Shown here: positions 29,686 through 39,740 of the stretch, piece after piece
Position numbering within the stretch: position 1 is the stretch's first letter
Layout: each line of letters begins with the position of its first letter
Source of the DNA: a bacterium
Lineage (GTDB): Bacteria > Babelota > Babeliae > Babelales > RVW-14
DNA length: 41,327 nucleotides
NCBI GenBank assembly: GCA_043822925.1
Contig: JBDRBF010000024.1
Coordinates: forward strand, 1 to 41,327
Reading direction: 5' to 3'
Position numbers and translations under genes: made by a program
Notes under the pieces: model-generated
The model's database searches: none
What the model saw: only the letters and a program-made list of their open reading frames with translations
What the model was told of the DNA's origin: nothing

Positions 29686-30191
29686 AAATCTCCAACTCTT
29701 TGTAATTCTATACTATTATTTTTCACTAATTCTTCAACAAGCTCCTGCGGCACCCGCAATACTTGCTCACCATCACCATGCTCACCAAACTGTTCAAATA
29801 ATTTAACCGCAACCCTACGCCCCAAAAGAGCTACCGTTGCCCCAAGCAAAATAAAAAACTGAACGTCTCTTGCCCCTTTCAAATGCACAAACCTACTAAA
29901 TCCTGCCCCAAGCGTAGCCCCAATAAGTCCGGCCAAAAAAAGATCTTCCCAATAAACACCTGGAATATAACTTTGTGATCGCAATGACAAGCCAGACAAA
30001 TCTGGAGCGACAATTGCATCTTTATCTATAATAATATCTATATCTTTTTCGAGCTCCTGTATTTCCTGTTTTTGCGCTTCAAGAGCCTGAATATTTACAC
30101 TCATCTCTGAACACAAAGATATGTTCACAAAAACGCCTGAAGCTAAAAAAAGAACACTCACTATTTTTAGACCCATGTTCACACTTTTCAA
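29682..30191 (-). CDS. hypothetical exported/membrane protein
   Basis: Signal peptide, short coiled coil, two Gly-rich hydrophobic helices; 4-bp overlap with the next gene. Confidence 0.7.
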   Translation of the reverse strand: MKSVNMGLKIVSVLFLASGVFVNISLCSEMSVNIQALEAQKQEIQELEKDIDIIIDKDAIVAPDLSGLSLRSQSYIPGVYWEDLFLAGLIGATLGAGFSRFVHLKGARDVQFFILLGATVALLGRRVAVKLFEQFGEHGDGEQVLRVPQELVEELVKNNSIELQRVGDL

Positions 30192-30313
30192 CGCCTTACT
30201 CCCATATAATAATACAAGTAATAATCTTTATTTTTTACTGTATCAAAACAGGAGCCAAAACGTATATAAACTGCAGAAAGTTTATCGATGCACCGCTAAA
30301 AAGCAAGCCCAGA

Positions 30314-30342
30314 TTGACGTTTTTTTAATTATTTGATAAAAT
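30314..30342 (+). promoter_or_regulatory. sigma70-like promoter
   Basis: TTGACG-N17-TAAAAT with TG extension. Confidence 0.55.
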
Positions 30343-30468
30343 TATATTTATTGAAATCAACACTTTGCATGCGGTAACGCCGTACACATCTCTCTTGTAA
30401 AAAACTTTTTCTCATACTTATTCATATTTCTTTAATTTTATTTATTTTTTTAAGTTTTAAGGGGCTCT

Positions 30469-31218
30469 ATGCTAGAAAAATTATTAAGCATTAAAGACAT
30501 TACAAAACACTATCATTTAAAAAATCAAACAATCAAAGCTCTTAACGGCATAACCCTTGATATTTTTAAAGGTGAAGTTTTTGGCCTACTTGGTGCAAAT
30601 GGTGCAGGTAAAACAACGCTATCATCAATTATTGCAACACTACACCCACCAACAACTGGGGATATTTTAATTAACGAAGTCTCAATTTATAAAGATATCA
30701 CAGGCTTTAGACGCATGATTGGCTACTGCCCACAAAAACCAAATCTGAACACCTTATTAACCGTCAGACAAAATTTACTTTTTGCCGGACGATATTATGG
30801 CATTCCAGAAGAACAAATTCAAGCTCGCCTAGAAAAACTATTAACAAAGTATAATCTACACAAATATGCAGACCAAGACCCAGCGATCCTGTCCGGTGGA
30901 TATAAACAACGCGTAGTAATAGCACGTGCCCTTATGCACAACCCAAAGCTCGTTATTTTTGACGAACCAACAGTCGGGCTTGACCCACATATTCGTCATC
31001 AGTTATGGGAAAGCATCCGTGATTTAAAAAACGACAATATATCCGTTATATTAACGACACACTATATTGACGAAGCAGAAATACTCTCTGACCGCATTTG
31101 TATTTTAGAAAAAGGCACAATTAAATTAATCGACACGCCTGCAAATCTTATGTCTGCATACAAAAAAAGCACACTTGAAGACGTTTTTTTACAAATTATG
31201 CACGAAGAAACAAATTAA
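30469..31218 (+). CDS. ABC-2 type exporter ATP-binding subunit
   Basis: GANGAGKTT, LSGGYKQR, FDEPTVGLDP, LTTHYIDEAE. Confidence 0.95.
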   Translation: MLEKLLSIKDITKHYHLKNQTIKALNGITLDIFKGEVFGLLGANGAGKTTLSSIIATLHPPTTGDILINEVSIYKDITGFRRMIGYCPQKPNLNTLLTVRQNLLFAGRYYGIPEEQIQARLEKLLTKYNLHKYADQDPAILSGGYKQRVVIARALMHNPKLVIFDEPTVGLDPHIRHQLWESIRDLKNDNISVILTTHYIDEAEILSDRICILEKGTIKLIDTPANLMSAYKKSTLEDVFLQIMHEETN

Positions 31219-31225
31219 ACTAAAA

Positions 31226-31309
31226 CCTTCGACAAGCTCATGGTGAGCGCTCATACTGCGCTTGCCTGCCTCGCCGTAGCTACGCAAGAGCGTAGGCGGG
31301 TCGAAGCAT
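31226..31309. repeat. inverted pair of family B repeats, second copy carrying a family C insert (31265-31300)
   Basis: ccttcgacaagctcatggtgagcgc overlapping gcgctcatactgcgcttg[cctgcctcgccgtagctacgcaagagcgtaggcggg]tcgaagcat. Confidence 0.85.
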
Positions 31310-31319
31310 TTCATAAATA

Positions 31320-32129
31320 ATGGGAAAAATTATGATACGCACAAAAAAAATAGCTGAGCATCTCACAGTATTTTGGCAACTGCTCAAAGTAGATCTCTTA
31401 ATGCTCAAAAAAAATATACATAATAAAAATATAAACTCTTTTATCTGGGCGAGCTCAACCATAATCATTTCAAGTTATGCACTGCCTCTTTTTGGCACAG
31501 ATTTAGCATACGGTTCATTTATTGCTGCAGGTGTTGTTATTGGATGCGGTGGCTTTATCATGTACTCCGAAACATCAAATTTCATTTCAGATCTTGAGGG
31601 AGACCAACACATTAACTATCAACTCACGCTCCCGCTACCAAGCAATTTACTATTTTTAAAAATAATCTGCGTATACACCATTAATGCAATTATTTTATGT
31701 TGTGCGGCACTTGTAACAGCAAAAATCGTCTTATATTCTCGGCTCAATTTATCAGGTATAAATTTTCTACATTTGACCCTATCCATAATTGTCAGCAGCC
31801 TTTTTCTTGGAGCCTTTACATTATGGGCAGCCAGCTGCACAAAAGACATGCTGAGCCTAGAAAACGTATTTATGCGCATATTATACCCACTATGGGTCTA
31901 CGGTTGTTTCCAGTTTTCATGGGCAGGTATGGTCAAAATATGCGCCCCTGTTGGATACTTGTGTTTACTCAATCCCTTTACATACACCACTGAAAGTATA
32001 CGGGCTGCTATGCTTGGCCAAACAGGCAGCATTAACTTTTGGTATAGCATCACCGCCCTACTCACATTCTCTTTTGGCCTTGGCTGGTGGGCAATTAAAC
32101 GATTCAAAAAACGCCTAGATTTTGTATAA
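31320..32129 (+). CDS. ABC-2 type exporter permease
   Basis: About six TM segments, LNPFTYTTESIRAA motif, adjacent to the ATPase. Confidence 0.88.
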   Translation: MGKIMIRTKKIAEHLTVFWQLLKVDLLMLKKNIHNKNINSFIWASSTIIISSYALPLFGTDLAYGSFIAAGVVIGCGGFIMYSETSNFISDLEGDQHINYQLTLPLPSNLLFLKIICVYTINAIILCCAALVTAKIVLYSRLNLSGINFLHLTLSIIVSSLFLGAFTLWAASCTKDMLSLENVFMRILYPLWVYGCFQFSWAGMVKICAPVGYLCLLNPFTYTTESIRAAMLGQTGSINFWYSITALLTFSFGLGWWAIKRFKKRLDFV

Positions 32130-32172
32130 AACTATTACACTCACTATAATATTGTAATCATACGAAATACAC

Positions 32173-32222
32173 AAAGCAGAAGAGGCTCGTACTTGCTTGG
32201 TACGAGCCTCTTCTGCTTTTTT
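32173..32222. terminator. strong bidirectional intrinsic terminator
   Basis: 20-bp perfect stem AAAGCAGAAGAGGCTCGTAC / GTACGAGCCTCTTCTGCTTT. Confidence 0.88.
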
Positions 32223-32238
32223 GTCTATCTATATCGAA

Positions 32239-32880
32239 TTACTTTGCTGCTTTTTCGAGTTGTTGTTGATGTTTCTTTTCAAGTTCTTCAAGTTCTTGCT
32301 TAAACTTTCTCGTTAACTCTTCTCTTTTTTGCTTAAGCTCTTCTTCTTTCTTGAGCTCTTCTTTCTTGAGCTCTTCTTCTTTCTTAAGCTCTTCTTCTTT
32401 CTTAAGCTCTTCTTTCTTGAGCTCTTCTTTCTTGAGCTCTTCTTCTTTCTTGAGCTCTTCTTTCTTAGGCTCTTCTTTCTTGTCTTTCTTATCTTTTTTG
32501 TCTTTCTTGCCTACTTTCTTGTCTTTCTTATCTTTTTTGTCTTTCTTGTATTTCTTGCCTGCTTTTTTAGCTTTTTTAGATGTCTTTTTTGTATCTCTTT
32601 TAATTGTTTTTTTCTTGTCTTTCTTGTCTACTTTATTGTCTTTCTTGCTTACTTTTTTATATTTCTTAGCTTTTTTATCTTTCTTGCTTACTTTCTTGTC
32701 TTTCTTATCTTTTTTGTCAGCTTTCTTATCTTTTTCAGCTGCTACGGTTTCTTTTTTTTCTACTTGCTCTATTTTCTTATTATCGTTTTTTTCTTCTTTA
32801 TTCTCGACGGCTTGTACATTAACCAAGAGGGCGCAAGATAACAGCCCGCTCAGTAACATAGCCAATATTCTGTTCTTCAT
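32239..32880 (-). CDS. secreted Lys-rich low-complexity protein (DKK block and KKEE(E)L repeats)
   Basis: AGGAG RBS; signal peptide ending VQA; repeats visible in DNA and protein. Confidence 0.8.
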   Translation of the reverse strand: MKNRILAMLLSGLLSCALLVNVQAVENKEEKNDNKKIEQVEKKETVAAEKDKKADKKDKKDKKVSKKDKKAKKYKKVSKKDNKVDKKDKKKTIKRDTKKTSKKAKKAGKKYKKDKKDKKDKKVGKKDKKDKKDKKEEPKKEELKKEEELKKEELKKEELKKEEELKKEEELKKEELKKEEELKQKREELTRKFKQELEELEKKHQQQLEKAAK

Positions 32881-32956
32881 ACAAATTCTCCTTGTTTACA
32901 GGCCCAACTTTCTTAAGAGGGTCAGTTTTACCAACCACTCTCAAGACTTTCAACGC

Positions 32957-33457
32957 TTATTCTAAACCAGGCATACTAACCGGAGCCATTGGCTCAGTTG
33001 CTGGCTGTGCTTGGGTGCCAGGCATCACAGGAGCAGCTGGCTCAGTTGCAAGTTCTGCTTGTGTGCCAGGCATCACAGGCGCAGCTGGCTCAACTGGAAC
33101 AGCTGTTACTGGATGTCCTGACGTAGCCGGAACCTCGGGCTTAATTACTGATTTAGTTTCTGTCCCAGGCATTGTAGGAACAGATGACTCAACAGGCATC
33201 ACAGGAGCAACTTCTTCTTGAGGAACCGAAGCAGCCGCGTCTTGATGCTCTGAACCCGCTTGCTGATCAGCTACACCCGCTTGTTCCATAGCCTGCTGCA
33301 ACGCTTGTTCTAATTCTTTCATATCTGGCATATCTGATTGTTGCTCAGCCGCTGCAGATTGTTCTGGTGCAGAATCTGGAGCCATAGCCTTCATACAGAC
33401 ACAGAGCGTTAACGCCCCAATGACTGCTAAGCCTAATAATATCTTTCTCATAAGCAT
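32957..33457 (-). CDS. secreted Pro/Ala-rich low-complexity protein
   Basis: Signal peptide ending MKA; EPAAPVMPGTQA repeated with 48-bp period; AGGAG upstream. Confidence 0.75.
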   Translation of the reverse strand: MLMRKILLGLAVIGALTLCVCMKAMAPDSAPEQSAAAEQQSDMPDMKELEQALQQAMEQAGVADQQAGSEHQDAAASVPQEEVAPVMPVESSVPTMPGTETKSVIKPEVPATSGHPVTAVPVEPAAPVMPGTQAELATEPAAPVMPGTQAQPATEPMAPVSMPGLE

Positions 33458-33703
33458 ATCTCCTATTGCTTGAGGATCAACGGTTTATATCTCTGTAGGG
33501 ATGCCAAGACCACACATCTTGCATCCCACCTAACCACTTATGTAATCTGTCATGTACAATCATAATATAACACCAAATATTTTCTATTTGCAATATTACG
33601 AGAGCCAAGATCATAAAACATCGATCCAGAGATAGTTTGCTCATAAAATCGTATTCAAAAAAACCACCGTACCTCGCACATAAAAATCGCTTAATCATAA
33701 ACG

Positions 33704-35545
33704 TCACAAATCAATCGGCTCACTGCCATCAATCAATCGACGATAATAGATCGACTTTTGCTTAAGCACCTCATGATCATAAAACGTGATATCTTTATCT
33801 GTACTCAAAAGCGAAAAATCAAAAATTCCAATCGCTTCTTTTATCGTTTTTAACCTATGCGCAATAACCATCGTTACTGCATCTCGCGCTAACGTATTAA
33901 TCATACTTGTAATCGCATGTTCACTTACTTCATCTAAACTACTAGTCGGCTCATCAATAAGAATAAGTAATGGCTTAAAACATGTTGCCCGTAAATACAA
34001 ATTTGCAAAATTCAAACGCTGACGCTGCCCGCCCGATATCGTAAAACCACTTTCGCCAATAAACGTATCAAGCCCTTTTTTTGCTTCAAACAAATCCCAA
34101 AGCCCAACACGCTCTAAAATACTGATCAAAAAATCATCCGTGTATTCAAGACATTTTTCTTTTGGAATAGAAAACATCAAATTATAACGCAACGTGCCAC
34201 GCATACTCGTTGCAACTTGCCCCTGCAGCGCAATAAGCTTACGTCTGACAACATCATCAACATTATAAATATCTATCCCATTAATAAGCACTGACCCTGA
34301 TGCCGGCTTGAATTGGCCACCAAGAATATACATAAGTGTACTTTTTCCAACTCCAGAGGGCCCAATAATCCCATACAATTTATTTTTTTCATCTTGAGGC
34401 ACAACTAAATTTAACGAATGGTTATCAAATATTTTTGCATTTGGGTTATAGTCAAAAAATAAATTATTCGCCACAATTTTTATAAAATGATTTTTAACAG
34501 TCGCATCATGAAGCGCTGATTCTTCTTCTTTAAATACCGGATATGTTTGCTTACCAAACTCAGTCAAATAACTAAATAAATCCTGAATGCGTATCATCGA
34601 CTTTACAACGCGCTTAAGTGGCCGTTCAACACGCACAATATCATACGTACCACGCAAATACATCAATAATAACGCAGTACCTACCGGAACGCTTACTGTC
34701 CCTAAACTAACCAGATGCAAAATATACGCACCAACACAAAACACGCTCACGAGATAAAAAACTTTTATGAGTTCATAAAAAAAGATAAATGTAAAACTCA
34801 ACGCCCCATCTTTACGCATTACATTCGTATTTTTCTCATGTAACCGCTCATTCGTCTGATCACTGGCAAAACTCGTACGTATAAAATTGACCTGAGATAA
34901 GCTTTCAACATTTTCTGCACGCGCATGGTCATCAACTTTTATTAAGCGTCTTTCCAACGGCAAAACAACATAATACATAAGCAACATATTTAACGTAAAA
35001 ATTAAACTCATAAAAGTAAGCGCAACAATGCTCATCACCCCGCTATAAAAATAAAGCGTAACAACAACCGTGATCACACTCACCGAAGTTTCTAGCAAGT
35101 CATAAAAAACTGTTTCTATAAATTCTTCTATTCCACGAAACGCCCGATCTATTTTACCCAAAATGGTCCCACTTGAGCGCTGCATATGAAATATCGGGTC
35201 AACTTGCAAAAACCACTGATGTGCCCGGAACCGCAAACTATATACGGCCCGTATTTGTAAAATATAATTATTTAAACGCGCAACATACTCAATTGCATAC
35301 GTCAAACCCCACAATAAAAATAAATACACCAGATAATCTAGCCGTCGAGACTCAAAAACATAACTTAATAACAAAACAGAAAGTGGCTTAAACGCATTAG
35401 TTATAGCTTCACCAATAAGAGCCACTACCAGATAAGCTTTTTGTTTCGTAATCAGCCACCACCACGGCTCGCTAAAATCCACCGGAAGCAGCGTTAATCT
35501 TTTTTGCAACCAGTCCCAATTAAAAGAAAAATATTTCTTCTCCAT
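33704..35545 (-). CDS. ABC exporter with fused TM and ATPase domains (MsbA/ABCB-like)
   Basis: N-terminal TM domain; GPSGVGKST, ISGGQRQR, LIDEPTSSLD, IAHRL. Confidence 0.92.
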   Translation of the reverse strand: MEKKYFSFNWDWLQKRLTLLPVDFSEPWWWLITKQKAYLVVALIGEAITNAFKPLSVLLLSYVFESRRLDYLVYLFLLWGLTYAIEYVARLNNYILQIRAVYSLRFRAHQWFLQVDPIFHMQRSSGTILGKIDRAFRGIEEFIETVFYDLLETSVSVITVVVTLYFYSGVMSIVALTFMSLIFTLNMLLMYYVVLPLERRLIKVDDHARAENVESLSQVNFIRTSFASDQTNERLHEKNTNVMRKDGALSFTFIFFYELIKVFYLVSVFCVGAYILHLVSLGTVSVPVGTALLLMYLRGTYDIVRVERPLKRVVKSMIRIQDLFSYLTEFGKQTYPVFKEEESALHDATVKNHFIKIVANNLFFDYNPNAKIFDNHSLNLVVPQDEKNKLYGIIGPSGVGKSTLMYILGGQFKPASGSVLINGIDIYNVDDVVRRKLIALQGQVATSMRGTLRYNLMFSIPKEKCLEYTDDFLISILERVGLWDLFEAKKGLDTFIGESGFTISGGQRQRLNFANLYLRATCFKPLLILIDEPTSSLDEVSEHAITSMINTLARDAVTMVIAHRLKTIKEAIGIFDFSLLSTDKDITFYDHEVLKQKSIYYRRLIDGSEPIDL

Positions 35546-35714
35546 ATAATTTCTCTTTCAAAAATAATTTCTTACACCACAGTTTACACAGCTGGAGAAT
35601 AGATAATCTTGCTAAAAAATCGCAAGAGTTATTGAATATTGGCTCGTCAGACCTGGGGCTGCCCTAGGTCACGTACCCCTACAACCTGGGGCCTCGCCTT
35701 ACTCATGCCCATTT

Positions 35715-35763
35715 CTTATTTTCTAGATGCCACACAGATTCTCTGCTATAACTAAAAACATAA
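35715..35763 (+). promoter_or_regulatory. duplicated promoter block upstream of the first WD40 gene
   Basis: TAGATG-N17-TATAAC with TG extension; 46/49 identical to 39676-39724. Confidence 0.65.
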
Positions 35764-35799
35764 AAAGAAGAAATTACTTGGCATAAAAGGAGAGTACCC

Positions 35800-38700
35800 A
35801 TGAAGAAGAACTTCCCATCCCGCCCCACACTTATAACATTTTTTACACTTTTTGCCGGCCTGTTTTTTACCAACATAAGCCCCACCAATTTTTATGAAAC
35901 ACCCTACTGGTCAGCAAATGTTGGTAACGACGTTCCCTCAACAGCATGGAGCCCTGATGGAAAATATCTCGCAGCCGGACGCTTCGGAGGTTATATACAT
36001 ATATTCAAATTCGATAGTTCTTCCCTCGCTCCATCAGGAGGTATTCAGTATTACTCTGGCGGGTACAGCGTAAACGGCATGGCATGGAGTCCTGATGGCA
36101 AATATATAGCTATCGGAGGATCAGGCCCGACCAACAATCTACAAATACTCAGTTTTAATGGTACAACTCTCGCTCAGCCACCAACCACCCCACAATATCC
36201 AGTCGGTGGCGAAATCAGATCAATCTCATGGAGCCCTAATGGAAAATATCTCGCTATTGGCGCAGGAGATCTTTCTGCTGGTGGGTACGAAGTACAAATA
36301 TTTAGTTTTAATGGAACCACATTAACTCGGCTACCAACTTCTGCCCTATATAATTATGGAGATTATGGAGGAGACCTTCCAAGCTATGTATCCTCAGTCG
36401 CATGGAGCCCCGACGGAAAATACCTTGCTATAGGAGGCCAGTCTCCCTCTTATGGAAATTACCAAGTACAACTTTTTAGCTTTAATGGATCTACACTCAC
36501 TCGCCTACCAGATACAGCCCTCTATTCTTACGGCGACCTATTTGGCGCAGCCGTTTTTTCCATCGCATGGAGCCCTAACGGTAAATTTTTAGCAATAGGA
36601 GGTAGAGGAGCAAGCAGTGGCAAAGAACTACAAATTCTTAACTTTAACGGGTCATCTCTTTCAGTCGCCGACCAATACGCTTATGGAAACTACTTATCTT
36701 CAGTTGCATGGAGCCCTAACGGGAAACTTATAACTATTGGTGGTTACAGTGCTGACAATCTCAGAAATGTACGAACGCTCAGCTTTAATGGTTCATCCAT
36801 CACATTGCTCACCGGAACAACCCAACTCAACATCAGCTCAAATGTTCGCACCGTTTCATATAGCCCTGATGGAACATATATCGCAACCGGAGAATATAAC
36901 AATCTCGTAAGTGTGTATAAAAGACTCGACGCAGTCGACGGCATAAGAAATATTTTTTACACACCAATTCAATGGCTTTTCCCCAACGGCGGTATGGCTA
37001 CAGGAGATGTTCAATTTAAAAATGGATTATCACTCGGTAGAAGCCAAAATCTTGATCTTGATATTTCTTCACCTATTGATGGCCCTATAAATCTGGAATA
37101 TTCATCAACACTCAATCTTAACAGCGATCTTTATTTTGGCTCAAATGTCTCGTTAACATCTAGTCAAAGTATAATGAGCGGCAACGGACATACTATTTAT
37201 CTAGGAAATAATTTAACGACAATAGATAGCACTGTTTTACATATCTCTTCAGATACAGCAATCGATGGACAAAATCATACACTTACTATGGGCCGCTGGA
37301 GCCAAATACTTGTCGACACAAACGTAACCCTCACTCTTAGAAACATAACAATCAATAATATTATTAATAACCAAGGGTTCCCAATAATTAAATGCGCTGC
37401 ACAAACAAGTAAACTTGCTCTAGATAACGTCGAACTTTATCCCGTTAACGATTTTTATTTTAACCAGGGCCAACTCTATATTCACAACGATGTTATATTT
37501 ACCGGCACATCACAATTCGTATACCGGTCAGCACAATCAAGTTTTATAGCCCCATATTCTATGCTTACGTTTGAACCAAATACTACTTTTTATTATGATA
37601 CATCAAGCACATATACACCAAACCCAATCGGTATCAATCTTTCAGCTTCCAACAAAATTTACCCACGCAACAACCAACTTATTAACATGCAAGATACTAC
37701 TTCAGCACTTTATCTTGATGGCTGCACATTACATGTATCACATACTGGTTTACGGTTAACCAAAGGCCAACTTTTTTTTGACAATAACGTCACACTAAAA
37801 AACAATCTAATTTCAACCATATCTTCATTCTCTCGTGTTGCAATAAAAGATCATGCAGGCTCTTCACTCGTAAGTGCCGCTGTTCGTGCAATGTCCTGGA
37901 GCTCCTCCGGACGATACCTGGCCGTCGGCGGAGACCAAAGTAGTGAAAGCGATGAAGAATTAATTGTTTACGAATGGAACAGCTCAACCTATGCATTAAC
38001 AAAAAAAGCAACAAAAGCTGTCACCTCCCACGGACTAGGACTAGCCTTTAGTTCTGATGAAAAATACCTCGCTTTTTCAGGATCTGCAGGCCTCATTATC
38101 TACCAATGGGATGGCACAAATCTGCGTAAAATAACGCAACAAGGCGGTATTTTAAACTGGGGTAGAACTCCCTCTTGGAGTCCCGATAGCAAATACATAG
38201 CACTGGTCGGACAAGGAGGAGACAATCATGAACTCTTTATTTATCAATGGGATGGCTCAACCTTAACACTTAAAGACTCTATAGATCTCGGTCCTTTTAC
38301 TAACGAATATCAAGACGCACAATGGAGCCCTAACGGCCAATACTTAGCTATCTCAGGAAGTTACGATCCGTATGAATTCATCATTTACCAATGGGATGGC
38401 TCAACGCTCACGCTTAAAATATCTCAAAACTTTGCAGCAAGCGCTTCTACTTTGAGCTGGAGCTCTGATAGTCGTTACATTGCCGTATCAGGAAGAACAG
38501 GCACCGGAAATACAACAATTTATGAATGGGCACCGCCAGATAAACTTATCCAACTTCACTCACCTACTGATTTTACAACATCTGTTAACTCCCTTGAATG
38601 GAGCCCCGATGGGCGCTATTTAGCCATCGGTGGAACCAATGGCACCAATGCCCTCATGGTGTATAACTGGAATGGCCTGACCACAACGCTCACCTATTCA

Positions 38701-38958
38701 CAATATCACGGAAATTGGGTAGACAAAGTACGTTGGTCCCCTGACGGCCAATACTTAGCAGCTGGAGGCTATTATAATCCTATGGATCTTATAGTTTACA
38801 AAGCTAACTATGCATCACAAAATTTAAATCCTGCGTACGCCCAATCACTCTTTTTTGGTAACTCAGCACTCGGGGCTAATTATGACCTAGGTATTAACTT
38901 ACTCAAAAACTCCAAAGTCACCGTTAACGGAACCGTGTTGCCAGATAACGTTAATTAG
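35800..38958 (+). CDS. large secreted WD40/beta-propeller protein with two 7-repeat blocks
   Basis: AGGAG RBS; signal peptide; seven WSP(D/N)G-type repeats, an Asn/Thr/Gly-rich beta-rich region, then seven more repeats. Confidence 0.9.
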   Translation: MKKNFPSRPTLITFFTLFAGLFFTNISPTNFYETPYWSANVGNDVPSTAWSPDGKYLAAGRFGGYIHIFKFDSSSLAPSGGIQYYSGGYSVNGMAWSPDGKYIAIGGSGPTNNLQILSFNGTTLAQPPTTPQYPVGGEIRSISWSPNGKYLAIGAGDLSAGGYEVQIFSFNGTTLTRLPTSALYNYGDYGGDLPSYVSSVAWSPDGKYLAIGGQSPSYGNYQVQLFSFNGSTLTRLPDTALYSYGDLFGAAVFSIAWSPNGKFLAIGGRGASSGKELQILNFNGSSLSVADQYAYGNYLSSVAWSPNGKLITIGGYSADNLRNVRTLSFNGSSITLLTGTTQLNISSNVRTVSYSPDGTYIATGEYNNLVSVYKRLDAVDGIRNIFYTPIQWLFPNGGMATGDVQFKNGLSLGRSQNLDLDISSPIDGPINLEYSSTLNLNSDLYFGSNVSLTSSQSIMSGNGHTIYLGNNLTTIDSTVLHISSDTAIDGQNHTLTMGRWSQILVDTNVTLTLRNITINNIINNQGFPIIKCAAQTSKLALDNVELYPVNDFYFNQGQLYIHNDVIFTGTSQFVYRSAQSSFIAPYSMLTFEPNTTFYYDTSSTYTPNPIGINLSASNKIYPRNNQLINMQDTTSALYLDGCTLHVSHTGLRLTKGQLFFDNNVTLKNNLISTISSFSRVAIKDHAGSSLVSAAVRAMSWSSSGRYLAVGGDQSSESDEELIVYEWNSSTYALTKKATKAVTSHGLGLAFSSDEKYLAFSGSAGLIIYQWDGTNLRKITQQGGILNWGRTPSWSPDSKYIALVGQGGDNHELFIYQWDGSTLTLKDSIDLGPFTNEYQDAQWSPNGQYLAISGSYDPYEFIIYQWDGSTLTLKISQNFAASASTLSWSSDSRYIAVSGRTGTGNTTIYEWAPPDKLIQLHSPTDFTTSVNSLEWSPDGRYLAIGGTNGTNALMVYNWNGLTTTLTYSQYHGNWVDKVRWSPDGQYLAAGGYYNPMDLIVYKANYASQNLNPAYAQSLFFGNSALGANYDLGINLLKNSKVTVNGTVLPDNVN

Positions 38959-38985
38959 GAAGAAATATGGACTGAATCCCAGAAC

Positions 38986-39055
38986 CCCTTCGACCCTACT
39001 ACGCCCAGGTGGCTACGGATGACAAGTCGAAAGGCAGGTAAATCAGGGTGAGCGC
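38986..39055. repeat. nested repeat: family B host with family C-like insert (38994-39038)
   Basis: Reverse complement gcgctcaccctgattta[cctgcc...ccgtagccacctgggcgtagtaggg]tcgaaggg; same site in the host as at 31265. Confidence 0.7.
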
Positions 39056-39092
39056 TTCTGAGATAACAATAAAAAGTTATCGCACAAAATAA

Positions 39093-39371
39093 TTACTGTT
39101 TTTTTACAGGAGGGGCGCTAAGAACTGGGAAGGACTATGGTCATCAAACTTTCCTACTGATATTCAGGAACGGGCTTTAAAGAAATTGCGTCAACTGGAC
39201 GCGGCTGAGAACATTGACGATCTAAAGTTTCCTCCTGGAAATAAATTAGAACATCTTAAAGGTAGGCGCAAAGATCAAATGAGTATACGTATTAATATAC
39301 AATGGAGGCTTTGTTTTATATGGAAAAACGATGGGGCATACAACATTGAAATTGTTACGAGGACGCCATAG
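39093..39371 (+). pseudogene. higB: HigB (RelE/ParE-family) toxin, disrupted
   Basis: WEG..S..PTDIQERALKKLRQLDAA...PPGNKLEHLKG...SIRINIQWRLCFIW...YNIEIV; no proper start codon; terminal DYH missing. Confidence 0.85.
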
Positions 39372-39456
39372 CATGACAGCCGACACAGACTTACGTCTAT
39401 GTAAATTTTTTGGTCTATCAGAAGATTACTTCCTACGCTTACAAATAGCATATGAG
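39352..39456 (+). pseudogene. higA: HigA antitoxin internal fragment
   Basis: LLRGRHSMTADTDLRLCKFFGLSEDYFLRLQIAYE; N-terminal half absent. Confidence 0.8.
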
Positions 39457-39675
39457 AAATTTGCCCCACACCATTCTCTGCCCCCTTGGGCCTCGCTTTG
39501 CTCATGCCCAGGCTATAAAAGTTACGTCACGCCTAGTGGCGTGATTACATAAGATATCATATTTTCTCACGCTATAGGCGTGAAACCTGTATCTTAGCCT
39601 AGCCCGCGCCACGTAGGGCGTAATAGGAACACAAACAAATCGCCAGACTTGTGCGGTCCTAGGTCTTGCCCGAAA

Positions 39676-39724
39676 CTTATTTTCTAGATGCCCCACAAAT
39701 TCTCTGCTATAACTGAAAACATAA
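39676..39724 (+). promoter_or_regulatory. duplicated promoter block upstream of the second WD40 gene
   Basis: Copy of 35715-35763 with 3 mismatches. Confidence 0.65.
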
Positions 39725-39740
39725 GAAAAGGAAAATGGCC

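Noticed and set aside
32329-32965. Phe/Leu/Ser-rich plus-strand ORFs (170 and 204 aa)
   Set aside because: Antisense shadows of the Lys/Glu-rich repeat gene.
33477-33707. 76-aa ORF downstream of the ABC exporter
   Set aside because: No recognisable motif; probably spans the promoter region of the 33457 gene.
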